64,000 bases of DNA, taken from positions 1 to 64,000 of the forward strand of contig JAAILG010000650.1 of assembly GCA_012026655.1 (NCBI GenBank), read 5' to 3'. Each line of letters opens with the position of its first letter. The stretch's first letter is position 1. The stretch is from Hydrolagus affinis. Lineage: Eukaryota. Both the position numbers and the translations under genes were made by a program. The notes under the pieces were generated by a model that worked only from the letters and a program-made list of their open reading frames with translations, had not been told where the DNA came from and searched no databases. Below are positions 35,536 through 47,797 of the stretch, piece by piece.

Positions 35536-37129
35536 TTCATCCCTAAAACTCTGTGATTTTAAATGTAATTTTGTTGTTGTTGTTGTAATTAAGTAAGTAG
35601 GGTGTGACTCCCCTGGGAGAGATAGAGTGCGCATTCCATCCCATACGCAGGAACATTTCCAAGTGTGAGTAGCCTACGTATATGGAACTCTTAGCCTGGT
35701 TTTGATACTCTTAAGCATGCTGACGTGTTCCTGCATGTGTCAGGCACCCAGCTGACCAAAAAAAGTTTCAGTCCACAGTAGATGCTTTACAAAGTGCCCC
35801 TTGACACCACAAAACCTCAATGTTATGCTACAAATGTTAGTTTGAAAAACATTCTAGGGGTAAAATGATTTTTCATATTCTTGATGTTCAGGGGTTGAGT
35901 TGAGTTGTTAATCGGGTGTTTAAGACATGATTGTCTTCTGTTAAATTATAGTATCAACCGTAAACCTCATGGATCTGAGGAACCAACAGTCAATCCATAC
36001 TAGGCTCTACCACGATCGTAAAATCAGAGTAGCCAAGGTCTTAGTTCAATCTATTTTAATCTATTATTTATAACACAGCTAAGTTACATCCAACTGGGTG
36101 AGGTATAACAAACTCAAGCCATAGACAATATCATATCAAATCCATAAAATATAAATGATCACACAGAAGTGTGTTTCAGCTGATCAACATTTTTTTTTGT
36201 TGATAAAACCTGCAACATTTCAGAAAAGCAAAAACTGAGTTTGTGAATGCTGGTTTGTGCTTATTTGCTCCTTTTATTCCTCTATTTTCTGCGGAATTCA
36301 ACTCTTGACAAATGGCAGCAAATTTCACAAGACATAGTGTGAATCTCTCTCAGTGTAACAAATCTATAATAGATGGAAAGGTTAAGTTAAAGGACGGGTT
36401 AAACACAACTTGTGCTGGAGAGTATCAGCATGGCTGGAAATAATAAGAACCAGCCCCATGTGGAAGCAATCATCCACCTCATAACTGCATGGCGTATGTT
36501 TGTGCAACACATTGTGGGATTAATGGAGGATGAGACAATCACAGGGCTTAGCATACAGTACCTAAAAAGCAAATGCTTCAAAATATGCAACTGAAAATGC
36601 CTGAAATCCTGTTCACAATTGATATTGACTTCTCGGAGCCTGGATTTATTGTGGAAATCCCCACAGATCGCAAGGAATTTGCACCTTATAATTACCAAAG
36701 TAAGGCTCAGGAATGTGAAACCTGGGTATTGATCCAACAATGTCCACATGAGATAATCGTGTCTTGGGGCAATTATTAACCAGTTCTAATTAAGGTGCAC
36801 GTCACACTGATTTCTCATAACTCTCACTCTTCGTGTTTTGGACATTGAAGTAGAGGCAATTACTGGTGCAACTGGCATTATTCAACTTAATTAGTGCCCA
36901 TGTCATGAAGAATCAAATTTAAGTTTATTCTTGCTGAAGAGACTGCAAAAGTAAAAACATACTGTGAAAACTATTAATTATTCTCTTTCCCAAATCCCCA
37001 TCATATTCCTATCAAGAGATTTGCTGTTGCATCTAAGAATGAGAACAATTCAGATTTTATCTGCAACTGTACAGAGCGGTGGAAATGTGGGACAGATCTA
37101 GTTCCTCACTTTGCTACTGCGCTGGAGAA

Positions 37130-37280
37130 AATAATAATACGATCTTTGCATATGGTATAGCGTCTTTCATGTCGGGAAGATGACTCAAAGTGCTTCACAC
37201 TGCTCAACCGCACTAACTGTATTTTGTAGATGAAACACGGCAGCTAATTCGCACACAACAATGTCTCACAAACAACCGCG
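37130..37280 (-). mobile_element. SINE 3' fragment
   Basis: aataataatacgatctttgcatatggtatagcgtctttcatgtc...gaaacacggcagctaattcgcacacaacaatgtctcacaaacaacc. Confidence 0.8.
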
Positions 37281-38565
37281 AGGAAAGAGTGATACTTTAA
37301 TTTGTGTGTTCAGATTTGGCCTAATGCATGTAGCCAATCATGTCTGACCCGTTCTTTTACCATTCCCGGGTCATTTGATCCCAATAATATCAGAACAAGC
37401 CAGTATAGGTCAGTAATGTTCCTTCATAGCAATGACCTGCATCCAACATCTTCCAAGGGCTCATTCCGAACAAGGTTTCTATGAAGTTCACTGTGCCTGT
37501 GTCCTCCAGTTTCATGTCAATTCATCATCTGGGCCTGATGATTATGACACAATAATTTGACCAGTGCAAAACTTTTACTGTAGCAAATCATTCTTCTCAT
37601 GTGTTCATTCTAATTGGCAGAACCCTGTTATTTTCGTACTTGGGTGTAAATTGTGTTGTACGCAGAACCCTGGAACTCTGTTGTGACATCACTGACTTCA
37701 CTGAAGCCAGAATTAAAGTGGGTGTTTGAACGGAGTTCAACAGGATTAACCACGGCATCTCCAGGATTGGGTAATTACAGATCCTTTTTGCAAATCTCGC
37801 GATTTAGACTCTTAATTTGCCGCGCTGTCTGCTGGTTGGTAACATTTATCTGTCAGTGTAGCTTTCGGCAGATTTTAATTTACAACTTCAACTTTCAACC
37901 ACAAGTGTAGGAGCCCTGTTGTCCTACTCCACAACAGTGTCCCCCGATTAGCACTGTGTGTCGTGTATTTCTGCTCTTGGCAAACTTCTTTTCATTTTAG
38001 GGGGGGCCCATTTCCCCATCAATCATAACAAGGTGTTGCGTTGTTAACATATCCCAAGGAATGTGCAGATCTTGGCTGACAAACAGTTTTGGTGAATTTC
38101 CACCTCATTCACCGTTCGATTCCATGCTTCACAGCTGTATCCGTGTGCGTGTTATACAACGCTCATTTATCTTGTTCACTGCTTCAGACACGTTAAATAC
38201 TCATTATTACAGTTGTCCCATAAATGGCTGCCCTTGTTTTTTCTCACGTGCGGCAGTACAGAAAACCTCCTCACTGATTCAATTTCATACCAGTTTCATT
38301 AAAAATATATATATTTTTTAATTAAAAAAATGTGTTAGCCGGCATTGCTCCTGTTGCTTTTCAAAATAACGATGCCAAGCCCACTGTATTCCATAATTGT
38401 TAAATTTATCAAACCCCCAGCAATCTCATTTCATATTATTGCGATTTAATTAAAGTGGATTTTATAGTTCTACAAGCAACCCTATTCTGGGCAGTTTTGT
38501 GAACGAAGAATCCGATTCAATTAAACATATTCAGCAGTAAAATGAATTGTGTTTTTTGTCAATCT

Positions 38566-38790
38566 GGATCAGTTGGTAGCACTCTCACCTTTAAGTCAGA
38601 TGATTGTGAGTTCAAGTCTCACTGCAGGAATTTGAATTCATGTAGCCTGGACGAACACTACAATACAGAGATGGGGGAGCACTGCATTGCTGGAAATGTC
38701 ATCATTCAAATGATCAATTCAATTAATCTGAGGAACCAGTTCTGCCTGTTCAGGTGGACATTAAAAATCCCATGGCATTAGTTGAAAAAT
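38566..38790 (+). mobile_element. DeuSINE (SacSINE1-like), 5' part
   Basis: A box ggatcagttggtagcactctcacc, B box gagttcaagtc, core ggagcactgcattgctgga...ctgcctgttcaggtggacattaaaaatcccatggca. Confidence 0.75.
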
Positions 38791-40644
38791 TTGCAAATTC
38801 ACCTTTTTCTCAACTGTCCTTTTAGGGAAGAACCATTTCAGGTCCTTTAAGTAGCTGAGTCTCGACTGCATTATATTGTATTGACCTGAAGGAAGGGCCA
38901 CACTCAAAGCTTTTACTTATCTTTGTCTTTTAAATGCTGATCGACTTGCTATGTATTTTGTCTTTTAATTTCTGATTTCCAGAACATTCACAGTGTTTCT
39001 GGGCTGCGATTCATTATTTGTCAAGGTCTTAGGATATTCACAACTCAACTGATTCGTATTAATCAGTGGAAATCCCCTTAAGCTAAATATTTTACTGTTT
39101 GGGGGTGAGGTTGTGGGAGGTAGGGTGAGTAAACAAGTTAATACTTCTTTGATGGTTAATGACCAATGAAATGCTTTGGCTTAATGTAGGGAGGTAATTT
39201 CATACACTGGCTTTTGTCATAAAATTTTCAATTCGAATCCCATCTTTATGTATTTTTGGTGCAGCTGAAAGGAGCGACTGCTTGGCTTGTGGACACAAAA
39301 CTAAACATCCCACTTCTTCTAATTGCAGAAATAATTGGATCAGGTCCTGTGGGAGTTGTGTCCGATTCCCACAAATAATACTGTCAAGTTCCTCATCAGC
39401 AGCGCATCCAAGAACAAAGATGCTTTCCCTCTAGGTCCGAACACATTCTAATCTGGTCATGAAAGTCTCCAGTGGAAAGCATCCTGTTTAAAAAGAAATG
39501 AAATTCCCAAAATGGTCACTATACCTATTCTGCTTTCTTTTCAAGCTTCTTTTGTATATCTATGAAATAAGTGAGTTGAGTTGCATGTTCTTTCTCTTCC
39601 TTTCGTTGGTTAGATACACTGGTGTTTAAATGCACTATTAATTTAAATAAATATTGCAGAAATCAGCCATTATTTTCACAGTTCTGTAAGGGATGTTGAG
39701 AGACCCAAACAGACAGAACAAGCCTTGTTTCTTCTCATGGCTGTGGTGTGTTTAAACATTTATGTAATAGATGCAGCAAAGCTCAGAACAGATCATGAAA
39801 TTTTCTTTTGCTCTATGGACAAATTATAGCATGTTACAGTACTTCTGTTTTCCTTCCACCCCAGGTCATTTAAAAAAAATATTTCTCCACTGTTTTATTC
39901 CCTTATATCATGTGGACAGTAAAGTTGTCACCACGCCTTTCATCTCTGGGTGTCAGTAGACTTATGTACAAGAACAGCCAAAGTGATTTTCTTTCTTAGT
40001 GTACATACCCACTTTCCTGCACAAGTCCCAGGATTGCAGATGACCATTATGAATTGTCATCTCATTACTTCACAGCCCATAAGTGAGCCAAGGTGCGCTC
40101 ATATTTATTGGATCAAATCGAAACATTTTAACAAATTTGCGTGCAATAATTGTAGATTTCTGTTCACTCTGCAGCATTTTTGTGTGACGTTACATTACCT
40201 GAGTTCTCGCATAATTGTAAAATTCCTGTTCTAAAACCCACAGACTTACCACTAACTGATCGACTCCTCATCCCCCAATCTCATTTGTCTCCAAGGTTAT
40301 CCAACAAACTATTACATTTTATAATGTAATACATATGCAGAAGGTGTTTAAAGTTTAATACATGTTAGATATTGCAGACCCAATATCTAATTATATAGTA
40401 GAACTCTATTTTGAGCACTAAGTAGAGAACCCTCACCTGTTATGCATATAAAGGGGTTGTGTCTCACATTTAGAGCTATAGTGGAGAAAAATGGGATGTT
40501 TCATAACAGATTTGGTGTAATTATCATATTGAATCTGTTATGAAGCATGCATTTTTCACCTCTACATATTGACTTGACATGAAAAGTAATGACAAGACTG
40601 CACTCACGTGTGCTGTCTAATGCACAGACAGACGTTTTAACAGA

Positions 40645-40720
40645 ACAACAGCAGTACAACAGCAACTTACATTTATATAGCCCCTTTTGCTATTAAAGGT
40701 TGTCTCAAAGCACTTCGCAG
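40645..40720 (-). mobile_element. L2/SINE tail fragment
   Basis: caacagcaacttacatttatatagccccttttgc...tgtctcaaagcacttcgcag. Confidence 0.6.
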
Positions 40721-41786
40721 AACCAGATTAATTAGAAATGAGGTGAATGTTTTTGCATGAAGGATAATAATTTTACCCTACTTATAAATGCAGACATTGC
40801 ACATCAGCAGCTGCTGATGTATGTCGCCAGTCAATCATTGTGTGCAGCTATGAAAACTATTCAGTTTTGAATTATGTATATAACCTTTACACTGATGCAC
40901 ATCCTTCCTTATTATTTACTGGCCAAATCCAGGTAGATGTCAGCATCAGAACTATTTCCGTTCTTTTTTCTCTCTTAAGACGGGTTCTATTTACTCTTGT
41001 TATCTCCTTTATTTAAGTCTGTGCGCGGTGAGGTGAACTGCAAATCACTCTAGACTTCACACCTCCTCGTGGACAGCAAAAAACAGGCAACTTCTGTTAC
41101 TCCAACTAAAAGAAAGCAAAGCTAGTGGCCATGTTTGTTGTCTGTTACGGTTTGCGGTGGATGGCTTCAGCTTTCATGACTTCTCCCCCCCTTTTTTGTA
41201 CATCATATTGTGCCATTGAACGATCAATCAATAGTGCCTCCAGGATTTGTTTTCCTTTCAAGTCACTGGAGTGGAGACCAGATACCTTCTGTTTGTCTGT
41301 CTGAGATATGCCAGGCATGTTGACAACTCAAGCTTAACAAGTAAATGAGCAGAACAGCTTTGGAATACGAGTGTAAGAAAGAAAAGTCGAGCAATCTAAT
41401 TAAATACAAGGAGAGTTTTTTCCAAGATGCTTTGATCGCATGACCAGACTCGAGATTTTATTCACATTACTGTATGTTCGGGTTTCAACCACCGTCACTT
41501 CTGCTGTTTCTAATGGTCATCATGTATTACATGCTATAAATCTTCCTGACCTTCAATAATGTCTTCTCTCTTCAAAAAATGAATCCAGCAACTACATATT
41601 GTAGAGTTAGTGCTGCTCCAGAGCAAAATAAATATCGTTCTGTCCGTCCCTCTTAAAGGGAAACTCCAGACCTAAAATAAAAGTACATTTATTGCACAGA
41701 CCTCTTCGCTGGTTGCTCTGTTTTTTTAATCATTTAATTTACACAGTAAAATTTAAATTTGTAAGTGAATATTTTCTATTTAATTT

Positions 41787-41806
41787 AAAGGTCATTAATG
41801 ACCTTT
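41787..41806. promoter_or_regulatory. Perfect 20-bp palindrome of two AAAGGTCA nuclear-receptor sites (IR4)
   Basis: aaaggtcatt|aatgaccttt; the palindrome is certain, the function is inferred. Confidence 0.45.
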
Positions 41807-41914
41807 TTTATTCCCAGGTGGCATTGTCACGCTGCTTGCTATAATGCATATAGGTGCTATAAATGTCAAGATTAAAAGGTTTTACACAAGTCCCTGATGA
41901 CTCCTGTGGTAACC

Positions 41915-42140
41915 TGCACAGTCCAGTGTGGAACTAAGTTATAGAAACCCAGATTTTCTGGTTCAAATGAGTTAGCTGAACTCAACCAGAGGTGTTGTGG
42001 AGGTTGCGATTGGCCTCAACATCCCTGGATTAAGGAGGGGGTAAATTAGGCTGTTTTTACCCTGGTATTCTCTATCCAATGTCATTTGCTAGAATGTGCG
42101 TGTTGAATTCCTGTGGTGACAGGATGGGATTCAACTACAG
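41915..42140 (+). mobile_element. Ancient tRNA-derived SINE (family B)
   Basis: ggttcaaatgagttagctgaactcaaccag...gattggcctcaacatccctgga...gaatgtgcgtgt...gtgacaggatggg is similar to 47530-47770. Confidence 0.6.
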
Positions 42141-44804
42141 AACCTTAAGCAACCCAGAACCTTAAGCCTGTCAACACTCACTATCTATGCTGGCACATGA
42201 AAAGCAGCAATAGCTACTTGGAAATGAAGGCAGCGACGTTCGTGGCCTAGACTCGAGAATGAGAGTGCGACTAATTGAGTGGTGGTGCGAGACAGCGAAA
42301 GATTTTACCATTGCTTGAACAGGAGAGTTTGACATGTTAATGGTTATCGAGCTGGCAGAAAGCAAGCGACACCGTGAACTTGTGAATAAAATGGCTGCTA
42401 TTGACCTTTCCACAGCAATCCTTAGTCGCACTCAATAAGCTTGTTTTTACTGCATGTAGCGATATTAAGATTCATCAGTGCTGAGAAGTTTTCTAAGGAT
42501 TGAATACAAATTATGCGAGCTTGAAATTGCACTTTACGATGAGACGATGCTATTTGCTTTGAGCATTCTCAAAATTTTAAGCAGCTACAAAACATCCTTA
42601 ACCCTTAAGGAGCAGTCATTTTGATGTTTACATTTATTGAGCCATTTTAAGTTGTGTGCTTTTCCTTGAGGGAAATGAGTAGATAGTTAAAAAAATATCA
42701 TTGTATACACCACGAAACATACTTTCAGTGAAGTTTGGTACAATAATTATGACAAGCTTATTGAGCGAAAATGACAGTAAATTGGATATGACATTCAATC
42801 TCTAGCTAACAGTGTGGATTGTTGCCCAACAGTAAGTGTTGAACCATTACTACAGCTAATGAAGAATTGTAGAAGATTTTCTAATTATATGCGAGGAACT
42901 GGAACACTGAAATTTTCAATGCTTGCAAACAATGGAAGCAAAATTGCTGGAGCTGCTAAATGTATTGACTTGCCAATGTGTGCTAACTTGCTTTGGGCAC
43001 TGTCAAATGCTGACTTGGAAAATATAATTTATTTAAAATTTCTAAGCATTTTGAATGTAATACTTTTGTATAATAAATGTAAGACTTGCCATCTAAAATT
43101 TATAACCAGATTAATTGTAAAATACTACTGGCTTGATTAATAAGCTTCAAAAATCTAGAGGGGCAATTCATATATCGTCTAGTGTTCTCAAACGTCAATA
43201 TATTTTATTGTGCTAAATTGATGCATTTTAAAAAGCCCTGCAACAGTTAATCAAATATTTCATGAATAATTGATTACACTGATATAATATTGACTGCTGG
43301 GTAAAATAGTAAGCATTTGAAACTAAAATGCTGCAACCTCAGTTTAGTTTTACTAAAAAACTACTGTTTAGAATATAGCGAGATCCCATTCATGATGTTT
43401 AACAGGCTTCTTTATAGCTACCAATACCTCGCTTTGGCTTGCAGTTTGAGAACATTAACTGTATTTACTGTTCATTCACAACAACAATTTACATTTATAA
43501 TGGCAGGAGGGATATCAGGAGGGCATCTCATAGCCATTCGCACAACTGGCTGGAACTGCCTGAACCTTGGGGAGCTGAAAAGGGGACGGAAAAGGTAACC
43601 GGAAGCATAGTTGAAGAATGAGGTTTTATGATGGGAAAACTAGAGACCACCTGGTTTAACAGAGTACCAGGAATTGACTGAGTATATTTTCTGATGGCAG
43701 AGAAATCTTACGTTAAAAATTGATAAAGATCTGACAGCCTCGAAGCCGAAGTGGCATTGTCAGCCTTATAGCAACACACAAGACTGTACTTTCCATGACT
43801 GTAATTCAAAACCTCCCTGCAAGTCAGCACAGAGATCAATTTATTTGCTTTGCCTAAATCTGTGTCTGGCTTGTCTGTCATTAAGATTCGGAAATTCCAT
43901 CTGGGTACACATCTTTTCTTTATTTAAAATTGTTGTAGAGAAATCTCAACTTAAATGGCAATCAGGTTCAGAATGGATTTGTATACCGTATGTGAAGGCA
44001 TCAATGCTGTCTAAATTGTGAGCTGGGATAGATATGACCAATATATGAAACATATTCATTTATTACATTACCTAACTCACCGACTACATTTTAGTCTCAA
44101 AAATGTTAACTAAATATGGATGGAACATTATCAAATTACATTCTTGGATAGCCTCCACTGTGCTCATAATGCTTTGGACTTAAATCTGCACTAAAGTAAG
44201 CAATTGAATTTTTAACCTCAGTGGCTTCTTGCCTTGTTAGGTAAATCTGAGCGTACCCAGAACAGAAGTGAAAAGGTATGTGTCTTTCAACATTCTTCTA
44301 TTCTTGATGAAATTTAAGTTGGAGGCTCAAAACAAACTGATCATCACAAGTACTAAAACAAAACACAGAACAATGAGTATTGTTTTTCCATTGTAAAATA
44401 TTTGGCTACTGGTCATATTACTCTATTTGATGAAGAGTTCCCGTCACTCTTAGCCAATTCTGTTGCAGGAACGTCCACTTTATGAGTAGTAATCCATCAC
44501 CTAGTTTAGCACTTTAATTTATCCCTGCGTTGTGGGTGAGTTATCACATCTGGAGGCACCAGTGGCATAGTTGAGATCACTTATCCTTCGATTGTGAACG
44601 ACTCTTCAAAATGGATCAGAGATTAACTTGGCTGAGAGCATAATTCGAGCAGATAAATGTTTGCAGTCCTGGAACCCGCTTCGTCTGCTAAGAGCATTGA
44701 ATATTTACGTTTGGTTCAATGGATTTCATTAGTTAGTGTGAGGCAGTTAAAATTATCAAATATAGAAGACAGAATATGAGGAAAATGCAAGCAGAAATAT
44801 TTAA

Positions 44805-45020
44805 CGGATCCCGGGGCTGTCCCAGGGTGAGAGGGAAAAAGGTGACCAAAAGCACGGTCGAAAAAAAAGATCTTTAGCCACGACCTGAAAATAGGAAAGG
44901 AGGAGAAGGGAGTGAAGGAGGGAATTCCAGAGCCTTGGGGCGTAGTGGCTGATGGCATAGCCACCAACGGTGGAGTGGAGGATTCGGGAAACAAGGCCAG
45001 ACCCTGTAGAGCGAAGGATT
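44805..45020 (-). mobile_element. Older L2 ORF2 C-terminal fragment
   Basis: Minus strand translates LRSTGSGLVSRILHSTVGGYAISHYAPRLWNSL, matching L2 LRS..GLL....T.GGRAFS..AP.LWNSLP. Confidence 0.85.
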
Positions 45021-45879
45021 AAGAATTATTGTTAATAAATTACTTAAATACTCATGTTTACTTCTATATTACCATGTGTGAGTTGGAAATGTTTTTTTTC
45101 CAAAACATATTGACACCAGGGAAACTGAAACTGAAAGACCTGCTGGCAATCCCCTCCTGTAATTCTCTATTCCATATCTTTATAGCTCCATAAAGCGCAC
45201 AATGATCTGAGTGAGTGGTATTCAATGTATGCAATGACATCCAGGAGATTGTAAAACAGTATTCCAAGGCACTGTGTAATACATCTGAAAGAAATTACTG
45301 TATATTTTTAGATAATAAGGTAGCTTCGCGACTTTTTGGTCACCTTGTATTTCAGCAGTTTTATTAATTGGCATTTTGATGAAATGGATAAAAATGGATC
45401 TAAGGAGGATGTTGCATTCTTGGTTTGGCCAGGTTGTGATGCTGGCTTTAGAAAAATAACTGTGATTGATCCTCAATCGACTCTTTTCTGCAACTAAGCT
45501 GTAATTAATGCTTTTGAAATGTAATTAAGAGATTCAATCATTTTGCGAGGTGAGGAGAGAGTACTTTATGTTTGATGACTAGAGGCACCAATCTTCATTA
45601 ATTGGAAGTGGAAGTCGAGCACTTGGGATATTTTGACTACAGGTAGTTATGCCAGAATATTATTCCATTCAGCAACATGGTAAGGAAAATGGTCTTTTCC
45701 TAGCCAATGAAGCTATAAAGAGAGACTTGCTTTACTCAAGTTCATTGTAACTATGTTTTTAGGATACCTGTAACACAAATTAGTTTGACCTCGGTTAGAA
45801 CCCTGACATTCGCTGACAGATATCAAGTGCAGGTCAGGTCTATCCACATCCAAAGTAAAAGTTTTGATACCAATTATAA

Positions 45880-46345
45880 AGCTTTGAAGAAAATCAGTTC
45901 ACTGTTTTACTACTCAGGACGCAGTTGTAAAGTTTATGATGAGGAGCAGCATGGTTTACAATGTTAAAAGCTCTGCTTCAAATCTAGAAACACTGCAGTA
46001 GTTAAAAAAAAACTTAACCGTGGCTGAGTAGATTTCTCCAGTGAGTTTGAGAGCAGTTGTGATGGGAGGTAATGGTCAGAAACAAGAATGATGACCATTA
46101 ATAAATGAGTTTTCCAAAGGGTAAGAACATAGCTGATGATGGACAATTCTTGCAATCGTTTTCGAAATTATAGATGGAGATGAGGTGTAGTTATTAACAT
46201 CAAATGTGCTGCTAGACTTGTGTCGAAGGTAGATTTTTACAATTTTCCAGTCTAAGGGTACAGTACTTTGAGACAATGATAAGTTAATGATACGAGTGAG
46301 AGCACAACCTATTAGATGAGCTGAACATTTTAAACTCATAAAATC
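45880..46345 (-). mobile_element. Decayed non-LTR RT fragment (CR1/L2 group, Crack/Daphne-like)
   Basis: LKCSAHLIGCALTRIINLSLSQSTVPLDWK...DVNNY...IISKTIARIVHHQL...FINGHHSCF, then TTAVFLDLK and FNIVNH...KLYN. These match RT N-terminal motifs (WK, NYRPIS, QSGF, FLDL.KAFDTVNH), with frameshifts. Confidence 0.85.
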
Positions 46346-46550
46346 CATGATTGAGGATTCGGTGCTAAAAGGTTTTACAGTTCATTCTAAACAGCAGTAG
46401 TATAAACGAGTGTGGAATGAGGAAAAAGCCTTTTTGCCCCCATCAAGCCTGCTCCTTCCACAGAGTATTGCAAAGACTACCCTATCATGGACTCATCCGT
46501 CCCGCACACAGATAAGAGTTCTGTACATGCTGTCCTAGATCCCCCCAAAA

Positions 46551-46630
46551 CATAAGAACATAATAATTGCGAGACGAAAAAGGATCAAGGCCCATCTAGT
46601 TCGCCTTCCACCATCCTGGCAGTCACATGC
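46551..46630 (-). mobile_element. CR1 LINE 3' tail
   Basis: cataagaacataataattgcgagacgaaaaaggatcaaggcccatctagttcgccttccaccatcctgg has a CR1-type (cataagaa)n end; a related piece lies near 46415-46460. Confidence 0.65.
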
Positions 46631-47529
46631 ACATGTAATGTCCCAAACCGTGTACAGTATCAACCATATGATGTATGTGAAGGATGGAGTTCAGGGGATG
46701 AGAATTTGGACTGACATACTCCAGTGATCAGAAGGATTTGGGATTTCCTATTTGGGATTCAGAATCCTATTGGAAATGATTGTGTTTATAACGTATTGCT
46801 TGAACATTCATGACAGTCCTGAGCTAGGCTCAGCATTTGCAATTTGAGTCAGTTTTCCTTTGTGATGCCTGTAATAAAACTACAGACACCATATCGCTTT
46901 CAAAACCTCAGGCAACCTCCTGTATTACCATTCAATTTTCTTCTGATTGAAAAGAGATGGCTATTGCAACCATTCTCTTCAATCAGCAGAAAATACATCA
47001 GCAAAATAGGGCACCAGTAAATCTCACTCTATGCATGCATTTGAACATATATTGGAATGACTTTATAACTGGGCTTTCCGTGCATATAGTGCTACAACAC
47101 TGACTCAACAATACAACAGGCAAATCGGTTTATTTAATGAGATTATTACCTCAGGCAATAAGATCACGCCTTAAAGGTATAGTTAACAATGTATCCACAG
47201 AGATAATGAATGGCCCTTCTTTTTTTATTTCCCAGCTCCATTCAATGTAGGAATATTGCTACATTAAACAAGCTTTGTGACAGTACACATTAGGTGTACT
47301 TTGCAATCTGAGTGGATTTCAGTGCAACAGGAAATAAGTGAAAAGTGAGAGGGTGAAATTCCTCTCCTGATAAATGCACAGAGTCGCTGCACATTGCAAT
47401 AAGACAAATATCTTCACCTGTCAATTTTCAGTTGGTTTTTTTTTCGTAAACGTCTTATCACAAGCAAGGCTACTGGCAAAAAAAATTCTATTGAAATGAT
47501 CAAATTAAAAATGACACATTGCTCCTCGA

Positions 47530-47770
47530 AAGGCTTAGTTGGTGGAACCATTGTTCGGTATCACATTGATGTATACAGACTGGGAAGGTGACAGGTTTGA
47601 TCCCTGGAGTGTGCTGGGTTTTTTAGGACAGTAAAAGAGAAACTACAATTGGTCCAGTTTGAGCATCCCTGGGTTCCCATTCCTGCTAATGGTTTAATGA
47701 TCCCCAAAGTGCACATGTGCAGACATCAAGTGGAGAGTGAGTCAGGTAGACTTTGAATCGTACCCTAACC
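47530..47770 (+). mobile_element. Ancient tRNA-derived SINE (family B)
   Basis: A box aggcttagttgg (47531), B box ggtttgatccc (47594), body ctacaattgg...catccctggg...aaagtgcacatgtgcagacatc. Confidence 0.6.
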
Positions 47771-47774
47771 CGAA

Positions 47775-47797
47775 ACACACACACACACACACACACA
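47775..47797. repeat. (CA)n microsatellite
   Basis: Read directly from the sequence. Confidence 0.97.
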
